Shown here: positions 20,836-30,397 of the stretch, in pieces
Numbering within the stretch: position 1 is the first letter of the stretch
How the letters are laid out: each line of letters opens with the position of its first letter
Program-made: the position numbers and the translations under genes
Notes under the pieces: model-generated
Databases searched by the model: none
The model's input: only the letters and a program-made list of their open reading frames with translations
What the model was told of the DNA's origin: nothing
Assembly (NCBI GenBank): GCA_963745235.1
Contig: CAVUXE010000012.1
Coordinates: 1 to 39,549 of the forward strand
Length of the DNA stretch: 39,549 bases
Origin: an uncultured Spirochaetota bacterium
Lineage (GTDB): Bacteria > Spirochaetota > Spirochaetia > SZUA-6 > Fen-1364
Direction: 5' to 3'

Positions 20836-20867
20836 GGGACCCGTGGCGGAGTGACGTCGCAGGCGCA

Positions 20868-21734
20868 TCATCCTATCCATTTTACCGCGGCCTCGCAGAG
20901 TGAGGGTACCATTGGGATCAGTATGCTGGTGCCTTTCGAGCAGACTTCGAGGCCGATGTCCCGGACATGCGCTCCCGTTATATTGCACCGTGGAATGATA
21001 AAGGAGTCCACACCGTAAGGCTCTGTGGATTCCGTGGGGTCGCAGAGGTACACAAGCTCGAAGGGATTCAAAGCGATCAGTTGCCTGTGATGAGCCTCCT
21101 TCCGAGACTTTCCCCGAACTGACGCGAGCGCAGAGATGACAGGAGAGTTCCGCGAGAGACGGACGAGTGGGTCTTCGAGAAGGACCTTCCACTTGAAAGG
21201 CAGCTCCTCACGGCCTGGATCAACGGCTGGCAGCGGTTGGGGGACTCCCGCCAGCCTCCTGCGCAGAGCCAGGAGCGCCGGCTCCATTTCCTGACGAGCC
21301 ACCGTGTTGTACCTGATCGTCAAACGATCTCCAAAGGGGACAAAGCTCAGGCGGCCATAGAGGAGAATAGCCACATCCTCTATCGCGGCCACCTTTTCCA
21401 GCGGGATCGTGATCTTTACACCCGGTTGGGGCTTCTCCGTCCAGAGTCCGACGGCCCTCTCTCCGAGGGCCAAGACACTGTTCGGCGATATCACCTTCTG
21501 GGCGAGCGAGCCGATGGAACGCACCGCCCATGGGATTATGAAAATCTGACCCAGCTCATGGATGCTACAGACTTCGTCGAGGGCTTTCCTTGCTCCAGCG
21601 GGGATGTCTTCCTCCCGGCGCGGAGTATAGGGGTGACTGGCTCGTTCAGCGCGAAAATAGGGGCCACCCTCCGCTTCGGTAAAACGGATTTCCCACTTCT
21701 CGGCTGGGTCTTGGGGGCGAACAGCAGCACGCAT
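20868..21734 (-). CDS. Hypothetical protein (288 aa) downstream of a fluoride riboswitch
   Basis: Long ORF with GGGAGG RBS and globular composition; no family recognised. Confidence 0.75.
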   Translation of the reverse strand: MRAAVRPQDPAEKWEIRFTEAEGGPYFRAERASHPYTPRREEDIPAGARKALDEVCSIHELGQIFIIPWAVRSIGSLAQKVISPNSVLALGERAVGLWTEKPQPGVKITIPLEKVAAIEDVAILLYGRLSFVPFGDRLTIRYNTVARQEMEPALLALRRRLAGVPQPLPAVDPGREELPFKWKVLLEDPLVRLSRNSPVISALASVRGKSRKEAHHRQLIALNPFELVYLCDPTESTEPYGVDSFIIPRCNITGAHVRDIGLEVCSKGTSILIPMVPSLCEAAVKWIG

Positions 21735-21761
21735 AGGCGAGGGCCTCCCTTTGCAACACTG

Positions 21762-21808
21762 TCAGGAGTTATCAGCCTTTACAGCGGTTAGGGTGAACTC
21801 CATCGCCC
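21762..21808 (-). ncRNA. Fluoride riboswitch #3
   Basis: Minus strand GGGCGATGGAGTTCACCC-TAACCGC-TGTAAAG-GCTGATAACTCCTG: pseudoknot GGAGTT/AACTCC; one C-A mismatch in P1. Confidence 0.85.
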
Positions 21809-21973
21809 AAGTACATATGTATGTCTTTGGCGGCCCGGCGTCAACCACGCCTGCAAAGAGTCTGCATCGATGAGGAGATATTTGGCTGAGGTAGCGAGAC
21901 CGCCCTGACCCTGGCTGATCAGGGTACCTTACGGATGCTCTTTTGGTCGGCCAAAAAATGTTCCCATTTCCGC

Positions 21974-22290
21974 TGTAGATCGGCAGATTAAACGACCCCC
22001 ACCCGTCACTTTTGGCGACCCCACCCCCGTCACCTGAACGACCCCGACCAGCGATTGGCCGCCACAAGATCGTGATCCGCGCGATCCGAGATCTGGCAGC
22101 CCGAGAAGGTTGGCTGAAAGCCTGCGAGGTGCCGCGCGAGGGAGAGATTGCCCGGCTGTAGGAGCAGACGCTCGGCGCCAGCCGCCAAGCCGCGCATCCG
22201 CTGGAGGTGTAAATCGAAACAGGAGTGGCTTCGGAAAATGCACAGCTTCCAGGTTATCCATCGGTTGCTGAACCAGATGGGGGTGACTGC
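21974..22290 (+). mobile_element. istA: IS21-family left-end remnant with degenerate istA 5' part
   Basis: TGT terminus, three GACCCC(ACCCGTCAC) subterminal repeats about 23 bp apart, then GRHKIVIRAIRDLAAREGWL...HPLE...EWL...FQVIHRLL with stops and a frameshift. Confidence 0.6.
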
Positions 22291-22775
22291 GAAACCCATG
22301 ACGTTCGGCCCGCCCTGGGGACAGGGGCAGCACCGGGTCGAAACGGTCAAGGCGTGGACGTGGGGCTTCTCGTTAAGGGCAGAACATCGCGGCGTGGCGG
22401 GGCGGGTTGATATACAGCCCGATGATGTCAGCCAGTTCCTTTCAAACTCCCGGGTCATCGGAGACCATCTAGCGTTCTAGCCGATGCGGCTTCAATCCGG
22501 CCTTGGTCCATATTCGAGCCACCATCATGTACGACACGCCCAACTCGGCTGCGAGCTTTCGTGTGCCCCAGTGGGTCGAACCATCCTGCGGACCGTTGCG
22601 AGTCTTTGCAAGGATCTTCGCCTCCAGCTCCGCCGTTCGGACGCGAGGCTGATTGATACCTACACCTTGACAGTCATACAGCAAACGATCCCACTGAAAC
22701 TTGGCGCTGCTCTTCAGCCAAAAGGCTTGGTGAGCGTCGAAGCTTGCAAGGATAACCGTCTTCGACGCAACGCGT
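22291..22775 (-). pseudogene. IS630-family transposase fragment
   Basis: GSTHWGTRKLAAELGVS...LKPHRLE*...DDP / ADIIGLYINPP / LPLSPGRAERHGF across shifted frames. Confidence 0.85.
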
Positions 22776-22777
22776 AG

Positions 22778-23410
22778 CTATTCGGGTAGTCTTGCGGCAA
22801 TGTCTCTCTTGCCCTGCTCGGCGAACTCGGGCATCAGCCTCAATTTCCGAACAAGCTCGCGCTCCTGAGAGCGGCCGTGGTACAGATCCAGCACTTCTGC
22901 AACGGTGATATGATTGGGATGAGTGCGTATCAGTTCGAAGGAGTCACCGGTGCTCACAAGGCCCTCCCCTAAGGTTCGCATATGGAACCCAAGCTTGGCT
23001 GAATCCCGTGCTTTAATCCAAAGGCCAGAAATGCCTGTCAGTCGATCAAGGGTACGGCAAGGATCGCGAGGCAGCGAGATCTGAACCACGGCCTGCCCGG
23101 CTTGGAAAACGTCACCGATGCAGACGTCATTTTCACGAACGCCTTCCAGAGTGAGATTCTCGCAGAACGCACCGTACTGCATCTCATACCCATGCACTGA
23201 TTTCCACCAGTGGTAGTGTTCGGCGATGTAAACGCAAACGGATCGGTCTCTCCCGCCATGGTAGCGCAAGTTTCCCTGCCCGTCTCCGTCAAAGTTTTCG
23301 AAGCGAAGGAAAGCATCTCTTACGGCAGACTTCGATCCTCCTGTAACGAGCGTCCCATCGCCAACGGCTACAGATCTGGGCATACCGACGAAAATAGCCG
23401 CCACTTTCAC
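22778..23410 (-). CDS. MOSC-domain protein (YiiM-like)
   Basis: GDGQGNLRYHGGRDRSVCVY, GAFCENLT, CIGDVF, ISLPRDPC. Confidence 0.9.
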   Translation of the reverse strand: MKVAAIFVGMPRSVAVGDGTLVTGGSKSAVRDAFLRFENFDGDGQGNLRYHGGRDRSVCVYIAEHYHWWKSVHGYEMQYGAFCENLTLEGVRENDVCIGDVFQAGQAVVQISLPRDPCRTLDRLTGISGLWIKARDSAKLGFHMRTLGEGLVSTGDSFELIRTHPNHITVAEVLDLYHGRSQERELVRKLRLMPEFAEQGKRDIAARLPE

Positions 23411-23866
23411 GGTTCTCTCCTTGGTCTATGACTATGGAAGACGCATTTGAGTGCTGCTGCCAGCTTGCGGCTCCATCGCTTAGCGATATCCAGATTCGCA
23501 GTCGTGCAGCAGCTCGGCTAACAAACCAATTTCTAGACGGCAACGTTTGGCGACTCAAACAGCTCTTCATTTGGCTAGTTTTCCACTTACCCGTCCCACA
23601 AGTGGCGTTCCTCCGGAACCTTCTCTATGATATCAAAATTCAATCGTTGCTTTCCAGGCAGGACTATGTGCGGAGTGCCGTCAGTGCATGCATGGATTCC
23701 CTGATATTGTCGAAGCTCGATCTCGAAACAGTCGACAAATGCGACGCGGAAAGCATGGCAAAGGACAAGACACGGAAGCCGACGCACGAAAAAATGACCT
23801 ATTCAATCTGCTTGCCGCCGAATCGCGTAGAACTTTCCTCCTGGAAGGCGCGCGGACCTCTTTAGA

Positions 23867-24055
23867 TCAGCCCGATGATACCAACGTTGAGTCTATCTCT
23901 ACGCAAGGCTCCAGATACTGCTTGATGGTCTTTCTCGTATGCTCCATTACCTCTTCGAGAGACTCTCCCTGTGTCTGGCAGCCTTCAATCTCAGGCGAGA
24001 AAGCGTAGTAGCCATGAAGGTCTTTCTGGAATACAACACTCACTCGATACGTCAT
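23867..24055 (-). CDS. hicB: HicB-family antitoxin (short form)
   Basis: YRVSVVFQKDLHGYYAFSPEIEGCQTQGESLEEV. Confidence 0.8.
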   Translation of the reverse strand: MTYRVSVVFQKDLHGYYAFSPEIEGCQTQGESLEEVMEHTRKTIKQYLEPCVEIDSTLVSSG

Positions 24056-24244
24056 ACGTGATCCCATTTTCTAGAGTCGGTCCATCCCGGCCGCTTCTTG
24101 AATCACGTCACTTCATCCGACAATAGCGGAAATAGATATGCTTGAGTCTCTTAGCAAGACTTTCAAACCTCCCGGAACTCGCTGTATAGCGGATACGCGC
24201 TGCGCGCCCTCGGCACAGAGGAGCCTTGTTCCGACGGGACATCG

Positions 24245-24495
24245 TTGAGGCAGACAGAGAATGCCTCCAGAGAGCCGCCACCCAAGCGGGAGCCACCAGC
24301 CAAAGTGAATGCTACGCCTTTCTCCAAGAAGCTGCTCAAGCGCTCCGAGGCTGCAGAGTTTCTGGGATTGAGCAGGGCCACTCTCTATAAGCTGACCATG
24401 ACCCGCAGATCCCTTTCGTCAACGTCGGCAGCCGCACGATGTCCAGCGAGGAGCGCCTTCAAACTTGGATCAAAGCTCGTGAGCACCCCCGATGA
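24245..24495 (+). pseudogene. Excisionase-like HTH protein with a frameshift near 24405
   Basis: LLKRSEAAEFLGLSRATLYKL continues in another frame as QIPFVNVGSRTM...LQTWI. Confidence 0.7.
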
Positions 24496-25006
24496 GCGCT
24501 TCCCCCGCAAAGTGGGCCGACACTGACAGAGGAATGTCCCTTTCGGGCTTGTCGAGCAAGGGGCTGGAAACTCCTTCTCATTCGCCGAGGAAACCCGAAC
24601 GACGCCGCGGAGGCGCACGTTTCTGTTGCCTATCCAAGCTTCGCCCGCCTTTCTGCCCATTCCATAGCTTCAGCGCCGCCGTCTTCCTGCTTTTTGAGAT
24701 CGCGTCTTTAGTCATTTTGAAATGGCCGGTGTCGGACTTTGGAGAATGGCCCCACCTGCCTTCTCAGCGCCGAGCGTGCAGGTGTGCTTCTCCCAGAGGA
24801 CCTTTGAATGGTGGCGAGAATGCCTTGAAGCCTTTCAACAGTGCGCAATCTTTTGTGATTGAAGGTTATCTCTTGCGATGGCCTACGTCGAGGTGATCCC
24901 TTCCCGCCCGAACGCGATCTCCTCGCTTATCGCTACCCCTCAGACCAAAACGGCATTTCGTGTGATATACTACCTGCAAGAAAAAAGACATGAGGAAGGA
25001 GAAAGA

Positions 25007-25579
25007 ATGAAAGTGCTGCTAAAGAGAGCCCTGCTTCTTTCTGCGATTCTGGCAATTCTTTCCTGTGCAGGCATTCCGAATCCGAAATCACCGGATGAAA
25101 CTCTCGTCATCGGGTCTCTGCTCCTCGATTTCCCGGATGGCTTCTTTGACTATCCTCCACGGACCATCGCATCGGGCGTCGAGATATCAATGGTGAACAC
25201 TACCGAGAACTACGCTTTCGTCGTGCGGACTGGGCCGAATGGCTACTACACATTCATCAGCAACGGTCATGATACGTACTCGCTGGAGCGGTACCACTAC
25301 GAGGAGACGATCGTCTCCCAGCGCGTCAACATGCAAGGCAAGCTGAATGTGCCTGTCTCTGTTAGCCCAGGTAAGGTTCGCTACGTGGGCGCCTTGACCA
25401 TTACCTACGCTCGGCCAAGTCGCTCGAACAAGGAAGCCGTGAAGGCAAACCTTTGGAACTTTGAGACCTCCGCCACATGGAAGTACCGGGAGGATGAAAT
25501 GATCGACTACATCAAGTCGATGGACCCGGAGAGCCAATGGCTCTCTCTGGAGATCGACATCAAGACAGGTTTGCAGTGA
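25007..25579 (+). CDS. Hypothetical lipoprotein
   Basis: AAGGAG RBS; MKVLLKRALLLSAILAILSC lipobox; PGKVRYVG. Confidence 0.8.
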   Translation: MKVLLKRALLLSAILAILSCAGIPNPKSPDETLVIGSLLLDFPDGFFDYPPRTIASGVEISMVNTTENYAFVVRTGPNGYYTFISNGHDTYSLERYHYEETIVSQRVNMQGKLNVPVSVSPGKVRYVGALTITYARPSRSNKEAVKANLWNFETSATWKYREDEMIDYIKSMDPESQWLSLEIDIKTGLQ

Positions 25580-26049
25580 CGGTTTCGGCGGGAGAGGTCA
25601 GTCTGCCCGGCAGTACGGGTCTTTGCAATGACTTGAGCGTTCCCTCCCGAGAAGTCTGTCGGAGGATGCCTCCTGGACACCGGGGCCGATCTTCTCAAAG
25701 AGGCACGGAGGCATAACTGCGAAAAATCCCTGAACGCTCCATGCTGACGATCTCCTGCGCCGGGAAATGCAATTCCCCCTTTGGGAGCACGGAGCCCGCG
25801 CCGGGCAAGATCTTCAAAGAGCGCCGGGCTGTTTCATCTAAGCCTTCCTCGTCGCGTCATCTCGGCGCGCCACCAGGTCTGGCGCAGAGAGTGAGCATGC
25901 ATCCTGCGGTGGCTATGCTAAGGGAAGAAAAGTGGCCCCGGATGCGGAGATCATACCGAGGCCGCGGTGCATGGAGTTGTGAGGATTTACCGTCTGCCTT
26001 CTCGGCAGCCGAGGCGTGTGCTTATTATAGAGGCGACCTATGCCTTGGC

Positions 26050-26604
26050 CTACTGAGACGCTTCTTCCAGTTTCTTCAGGGCGTCAGTGCCTTTCAGGTT
26101 GTACCGTGCGTAGTCATAGGCCGTCATTCCTGATTTGTCTCTCGCTTTGGCGTCGACGCCTGCGTGCAACAGTACGATGATCATTTCTGGATTAGGATTG
26201 CTTTCAGCGGCCCAGATCAGCGGGGTCCTGCCGTCCTCGGTACGAACGTCGCGGTTCGCGCCAGCCCGCACGAGAGTGGTAGCCACCTCAGGGTTCTCGT
26301 TGCTGGCAGCGGCCCAGATCAACGCTGTTCCGCCTATGCCGGGTCGCTTGTCCCGAGCCTCTATGTCCGCACCAGCCTTCAAGAGTATTGAAATCACTTC
26401 GGCGTTCTTGTTGTCCCTGGCGGCCCTCATCAGTGGCGTCATGCCATCGATATCCGAGGCGTTGACGCTGGCGCCATTGTTGATTGCATCTTGTACTGCC
26501 CGCGCCGTCCCAGTCTGCACCATCACAAAGAGATTCGTCGTCTCCGCGTACGCCGAAATGGCAACAAGGACCGCAAGAGCCGCAACGAGCATTCGTTTTT
26601 TCAC
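26050..26604 (-). CDS. Secreted ankyrin-repeat protein
   Basis: Signal peptide (AYA); repeats GMTPLMRAA, GGTALIWAA, GRTPLIWAA, GMTAYDYA; GGAGG RBS. Confidence 0.92.
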   Translation of the reverse strand: MKKRMLVAALAVLVAISAYAETTNLFVMVQTGTARAVQDAINNGASVNASDIDGMTPLMRAARDNKNAEVISILLKAGADIEARDKRPGIGGTALIWAAASNENPEVATTLVRAGANRDVRTEDGRTPLIWAAESNPNPEMIIVLLHAGVDAKARDKSGMTAYDYARYNLKGTDALKKLEEASQ

Positions 26605-26778
26605 TTTGCACCTCCGTGGCTGATTGCTACTTTACGTCGGCGCCGGACTAGGTTGACAAAACGATTATATCATGCCTGCAACTGCGTTGAAGAGCGTCAG
26701 GCTGTTTCCTTTTCCTGGCAAAGCAAAGTTCACATCTCTAGACAAGTTCCGGCAGAATGATGCGCACGTCTGCCTTGC

Positions 26779-27030
26779 CTACTTGGACGCTTCTTCGAGC
26801 TGTTTAAGGGCGACTGAGGCTCAGCCTCAAACTGTAGTTGCTCCCTGCGTAATCGAGAGCGGTCTTTCCTGCATTATCTTTAGCCTTTGCGTCAGCGCCC
26901 GTCCCCGAGAGGTGCAATAATCCCTTCAGGGTTTGAGTTTTTCTCGGCAGCGGTGATAAACGGAGTGCGTCCCATCGCGCCTTGCGCCTCGACCTCCAAG
27001 CCGACCTTGAGGATAGTGGTGGCCCGCACG
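26779..27030 (-). pseudogene. Degenerate 3' part of a paralogous ankyrin gene
   Basis: GRTPFITAAEKNSNPE / GADAKAKDNAGKTALDYA / ALKQLEEASK* parallels the intact neighbour's ALKKLEEASQ*. Confidence 0.75.
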
Positions 27031-27093
27031 TCGAATGAGGCTTTATGGGCAAGGCTTGGCAGCAGTTACATCACACTGGGCTGACCGCGCGGA

Positions 27094-27966
27094 CTACTTG
27101 ACCGCCCCCAGGGAAAGCCCGGCCGCAAGGCGGCGCTGGGCAACGACGAACACCACCAGGATGGGGAGCGAACCTATCACGGCCAGCGCCATGAGCCCGC
27201 TCCAGCTCGCGCCGTAGGCGGAAATCTGCTGGCTGATGAGCGCGCTGATGGGATATGTGTCCGGGCTCGTCAGGATGCTGATGGCGTACAGGAACTCGCC
27301 CCATGCCAGGATGAAGATCAGCGATGCGGCGGTAGCGATCCCGTTGGACATGAGCGGGACAATGATGCGTAGGAACGCCGTTGCTGGTTTCGCTCCGTCC
27401 ATAGCGGCTGCTTCCTCGATCTCCCGCGGGATGCCACCCACGAAGGGGCGCAGCACGAGGACGGTGAAGGGAAGAAACAGCGCCGTGTCCGCCAAGATCA
27501 CTCCCGGGAGAGTGCCAAGCAGGCGCCAGACTCCGAGTACACGGTACAAGGGGATGATGGTTGCGGTCTGCGGTATCATCTGCAATAGCACTAGGGCTCC
27601 CAACCCGATCGTGAGCGCCGCGCCCCGGATCCTGTCCAGGCCATAGGCAGTGGGGACACCCAAGAGCAACGTCAGGAAGGTCGTGCCCAGCGAGATGATT
27701 GCGGAGTTCAGCGCAGCCTGGCCCAGCGTGCCCTCTTGGGCGATCTCGACGTATGCGTGGAACGACGGCTTGAAGATAATTCCGCCGGGATTGGCAAAGA
27801 TGGCGCGGTTGTCCTTGAGGGAAGTGGCCACGAGCCAGAGGAGCGGAATCCCGTACACCGCCACGAGGAAGACTATTCCCACCAGGATCCACGCTGTCAT
27901 GCTCTGGCCTGGACCATGACGCGCGTTGGGGAGACGGCCGCCGGGGCTGCGGTGGGCGCCCCTCAT
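27094..27966 (-). CDS. Carbohydrate ABC permease (MalG-like)
   Basis: IPREIEEAAAMDGA EAA loop; AWGEFLYA; GLSLGAVK. Confidence 0.92.
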   Translation of the reverse strand: MRGAHRSPGGRLPNARHGPGQSMTAWILVGIVFLVAVYGIPLLWLVATSLKDNRAIFANPGGIIFKPSFHAYVEIAQEGTLGQAALNSAIISLGTTFLTLLLGVPTAYGLDRIRGAALTIGLGALVLLQMIPQTATIIPLYRVLGVWRLLGTLPGVILADTALFLPFTVLVLRPFVGGIPREIEEAAAMDGAKPATAFLRIIVPLMSNGIATAASLIFILAWGEFLYAISILTSPDTYPISALISQQISAYGASWSGLMALAVIGSLPILVVFVVAQRRLAAGLSLGAVK

Positions 27967-28856
27967 GTCTCCTCCGTTCGGCGCAGCGCCCGCACGTAGA
28001 CCAGCGCAAGCACCAGGACAATAAGAACCGTGAAGACAGCGACGCTCGCACCCAGCGCGTACTTGTAGTTGATGAAAGACAGGCGGTAGCTCAGGAAGGG
28101 AAGCGTGGTGCTGGCCGTGCCCGGTCCGCCGTACGTCATGACGTAGATGAAGTCGAAGCTTCGAAACGCGTAGACCACGGTGAGAACCGTCAAGATCAGC
28201 GTGATGGGAAGAAGAAGCGGAAGTTTGATGCGCATGAAGACCTGAAGCCGCGTTGCACCGTCCACGGAGGAGGCGTCGAGCAGCTCCAAGGGAATGTCGA
28301 TGAGAGCCGCCCTGTACACCATTGCGCCGAAAGGAATGACCGCCCAGGAGTTGACCAGGGCAACCGAGATGAGCACGAGGTTCTCCTGCACGAGCCACAG
28401 CGGGCCCGGGCCGGAAGCGGTAAAGAGCCCCAGAATCGTGTTGACGAGGCCGCCGGGGAGAAGCAGGAACTTCCATAGGCTTCCCAGCACCACGGGCGGC
28501 ATGGCCCACGTGAACACCATGAGCGCCAGCCCCAGTGCAGACAGCCGTCCCTTTGCCTGAAGCAGCGTTGCTGCGCCGAGCCCCCCGAGCATCCCGACGC
28601 CCACAACAACGGCCACGAAGACCAGCGTGTTCCTGAACGCGAGGAGGAAGTCTTCTAGGTGGAAAAGGGAGCGGAAGTTCGCAAGGCCGGTGAAGGGCCA
28701 GCTGCCGCGGACGATGTTCAGCGTAGTCACGCTGCTCAGGCTCATCCAAATAAGGTTCACGAACGGGTAGAAAGCGAGGACTAGGAGGTAGACCCCGCCG
28801 GGGATGATGAAGAACAGGGAGACGCGTGGACTGATAGACCTGTGTGGCGCCCTCAT
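27963..28856 (-). CDS. Carbohydrate ABC permease (MalF-like)
   Basis: FTGLANF, IPLELLDASSVDGA, FDFIYVMTYGGPG. Confidence 0.92.
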   Translation of the reverse strand: MRAPHRSISPRVSLFFIIPGGVYLLVLAFYPFVNLIWMSLSSVTTLNIVRGSWPFTGLANFRSLFHLEDFLLAFRNTLVFVAVVVGVGMLGGLGAATLLQAKGRLSALGLALMVFTWAMPPVVLGSLWKFLLLPGGLVNTILGLFTASGPGPLWLVQENLVLISVALVNSWAVIPFGAMVYRAALIDIPLELLDASSVDGATRLQVFMRIKLPLLLPITLILTVLTVVYAFRSFDFIYVMTYGGPGTASTTLPFLSYRLSFINYKYALGASVAVFTVLIVLVLALVYVRALRRTEET

Positions 28857-28893
28857 GGATGGCTCAGTATACTACCCACGGACTGAGGATGTG

Positions 28894-28928
28894 AAATGCG
28901 CCGGCTGCCGCATGGTCGAGCCGGCGCA
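28894..28928 (-). terminator. Hairpin after the solute-binding gene
   Basis: TGCGCCGGCT...AGCCGGCGCA stem with a short U tail. Confidence 0.45.
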
Positions 28929-28945
28929 AAAGAGGGGGTCAGAAG

Positions 28946-30169
28946 CTACTTCGCCAGCTCTGCCTGCACGCCCGTCACAGCCTTCTGGGCGGCCGCTGCG
29001 GGTTTTTCCTGGCCGGCGATCACTGCGCTCCACTGCTGCCCCACGACGAGCTGCGCGTTCTGCACCTTGGTCACCGGTCCGGCATCAGGAGGATAGATCG
29101 CCCCTACGCTCTGCACTTCCTGCGCGAAGGGCGCCAGAAGCTGGTCCGAGGTGACCGCAGGATCTTCCGCCGCGTCTTTTCTTGACGGGATGCTTCCCAC
29201 GTCCTTGAATGCGACGAGTTGTCCTGCCTTGCTGAAGTAACTTGCTTGCAGATACGCCCAGGCCAGTTTCGGGTTTTTGGAGAACGCCCCGATCGATTCC
29301 GCCTCTCCGCCCAGGTAGACCTTGGCCGGGTTCGGGCCAGAGGGCAGTGCAACAACACCGTAATTGAAGTGAGCGTTCGCCTTCGCGGTTCCCAGCTGCC
29401 AGTTGCCGTTCTCCGTGAACGCGACGTCACCCACAGTGAAGGCCTGGAACGGCTCCGCCTGCTCCCAGGTCACGACGATGCGGGAAAGGTAGCCTTTGGA
29501 AGCCCATCCGGAAACCAGGGAGAAAGCCTTCTCTGCAGCGCTGGCATCCGGGCCGGAGTAGGACCAACCGTACGCGGACATCCAGGGATAGGACTGCCAT
29601 TCCCCCTGGTCGTTGGGCTTCCCCGTGAGGGTGATGCCCTTGTAGCCCGCCTTTGTCACCTTCTGCAGGGCAGCCGTCAATTGGTCGATCGTGGTGGGCG
29701 GCTGGACTCCAACCTTGTCCAGGATGTCCTTGTTGTACCAGAGCCCAAGGAGATTGACGTATCCCTGGACCCCGTAGACTTTTCCGTCAATAGAGTGGAC
29801 CACTGCAGGAGCAAAGAGGTCCTTGTCCTTGAACGAGCTCCAGAAGGGGGTGAGATCGATGATGGCTTTTGCATCAACGAATTGTCCGACGTTCGGTCCG
29901 TTGTAGACTACCACGTCAGGGCCGGTCCCGGCCGCCGCGCCGGCCACCACCTTGTTCGGAAGCTGATCATAAGGAACGAACACGTAGTTGACCTGCACTT
30001 TAGGGCTGGTCTGGTTGTACAGGACCGCCAGGTCCTTCAGTTCCTGCACCTGGCTGTCCACGCTGAAGTAGTGCCAGACGGTCACCGCGCCGCTTTGCGT
30101 GCCTTTGCCGCAGGAAGTCACTACGACGGTGAGGCCGGCCACAAGGAGAAGAGGAATGAGCTTTCTCAT
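28946..30169 (-). CDS. Sugar ABC substrate-binding lipoprotein (family 1)
   Basis: MRKLIPLLLVAGLTVVVTSC lipobox; GPDVV, LWYNKDIL, NGNW; GGAGG RBS. Confidence 0.92.
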   Translation of the reverse strand: MRKLIPLLLVAGLTVVVTSCGKGTQSGAVTVWHYFSVDSQVQELKDLAVLYNQTSPKVQVNYVFVPYDQLPNKVVAGAAAGTGPDVVVYNGPNVGQFVDAKAIIDLTPFWSSFKDKDLFAPAVVHSIDGKVYGVQGYVNLLGLWYNKDILDKVGVQPPTTIDQLTAALQKVTKAGYKGITLTGKPNDQGEWQSYPWMSAYGWSYSGPDASAAEKAFSLVSGWASKGYLSRIVVTWEQAEPFQAFTVGDVAFTENGNWQLGTAKANAHFNYGVVALPSGPNPAKVYLGGEAESIGAFSKNPKLAWAYLQASYFSKAGQLVAFKDVGSIPSRKDAAEDPAVTSDQLLAPFAQEVQSVGAIYPPDAGPVTKVQNAQLVVGQQWSAVIAGQEKPAAAAQKAVTGVQAELAK

Positions 30170-30251
30170 AAAACACCTCCAGAGGGAACGCGACAAGACA
30201 CGTAGTGTTTCTTCATTCCATCCTACGTCTTACGTCGCGCTACCTCCTCCA

Positions 30252-30315
30252 GTCAAACCCCTGGTAGACACCCTGTCAAGACTCAGCAGAAATGTTGTCA
30301 ACCCCTGGTAGACAC
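30252..30315. repeat. Direct repeat pair, candidate operator
   Basis: GTCAAACCCCTGGTAGACAC (30252-30271) and GTCAACCCCTGGTAGACAC (30297-30315), interleaved with minus-strand TTGACA hexamers. Confidence 0.7.
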
Positions 30316-30397
30316 AAAACCCGTTATTGTCAGCTCTTGCAGCCCACTCGTCGGCATCTATTTCATCAAATTCTGCTAAAACACAAGCCTTTAATCT

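Noticed and set aside
21991-22046. Short GACCCC repeats as CRISPR or iterons
   Set aside because: About 23-bp period, no spacers, no cas or rep gene; better explained as IS21 subterminal repeats
23428-23865. 145-aa ORF
   Set aside because: No RBS or recognisable motif; probably spurious or decayed
24492-24896. 134-aa ORF, and likewise 25741-26133
   Set aside because: Atypical composition and no motifs
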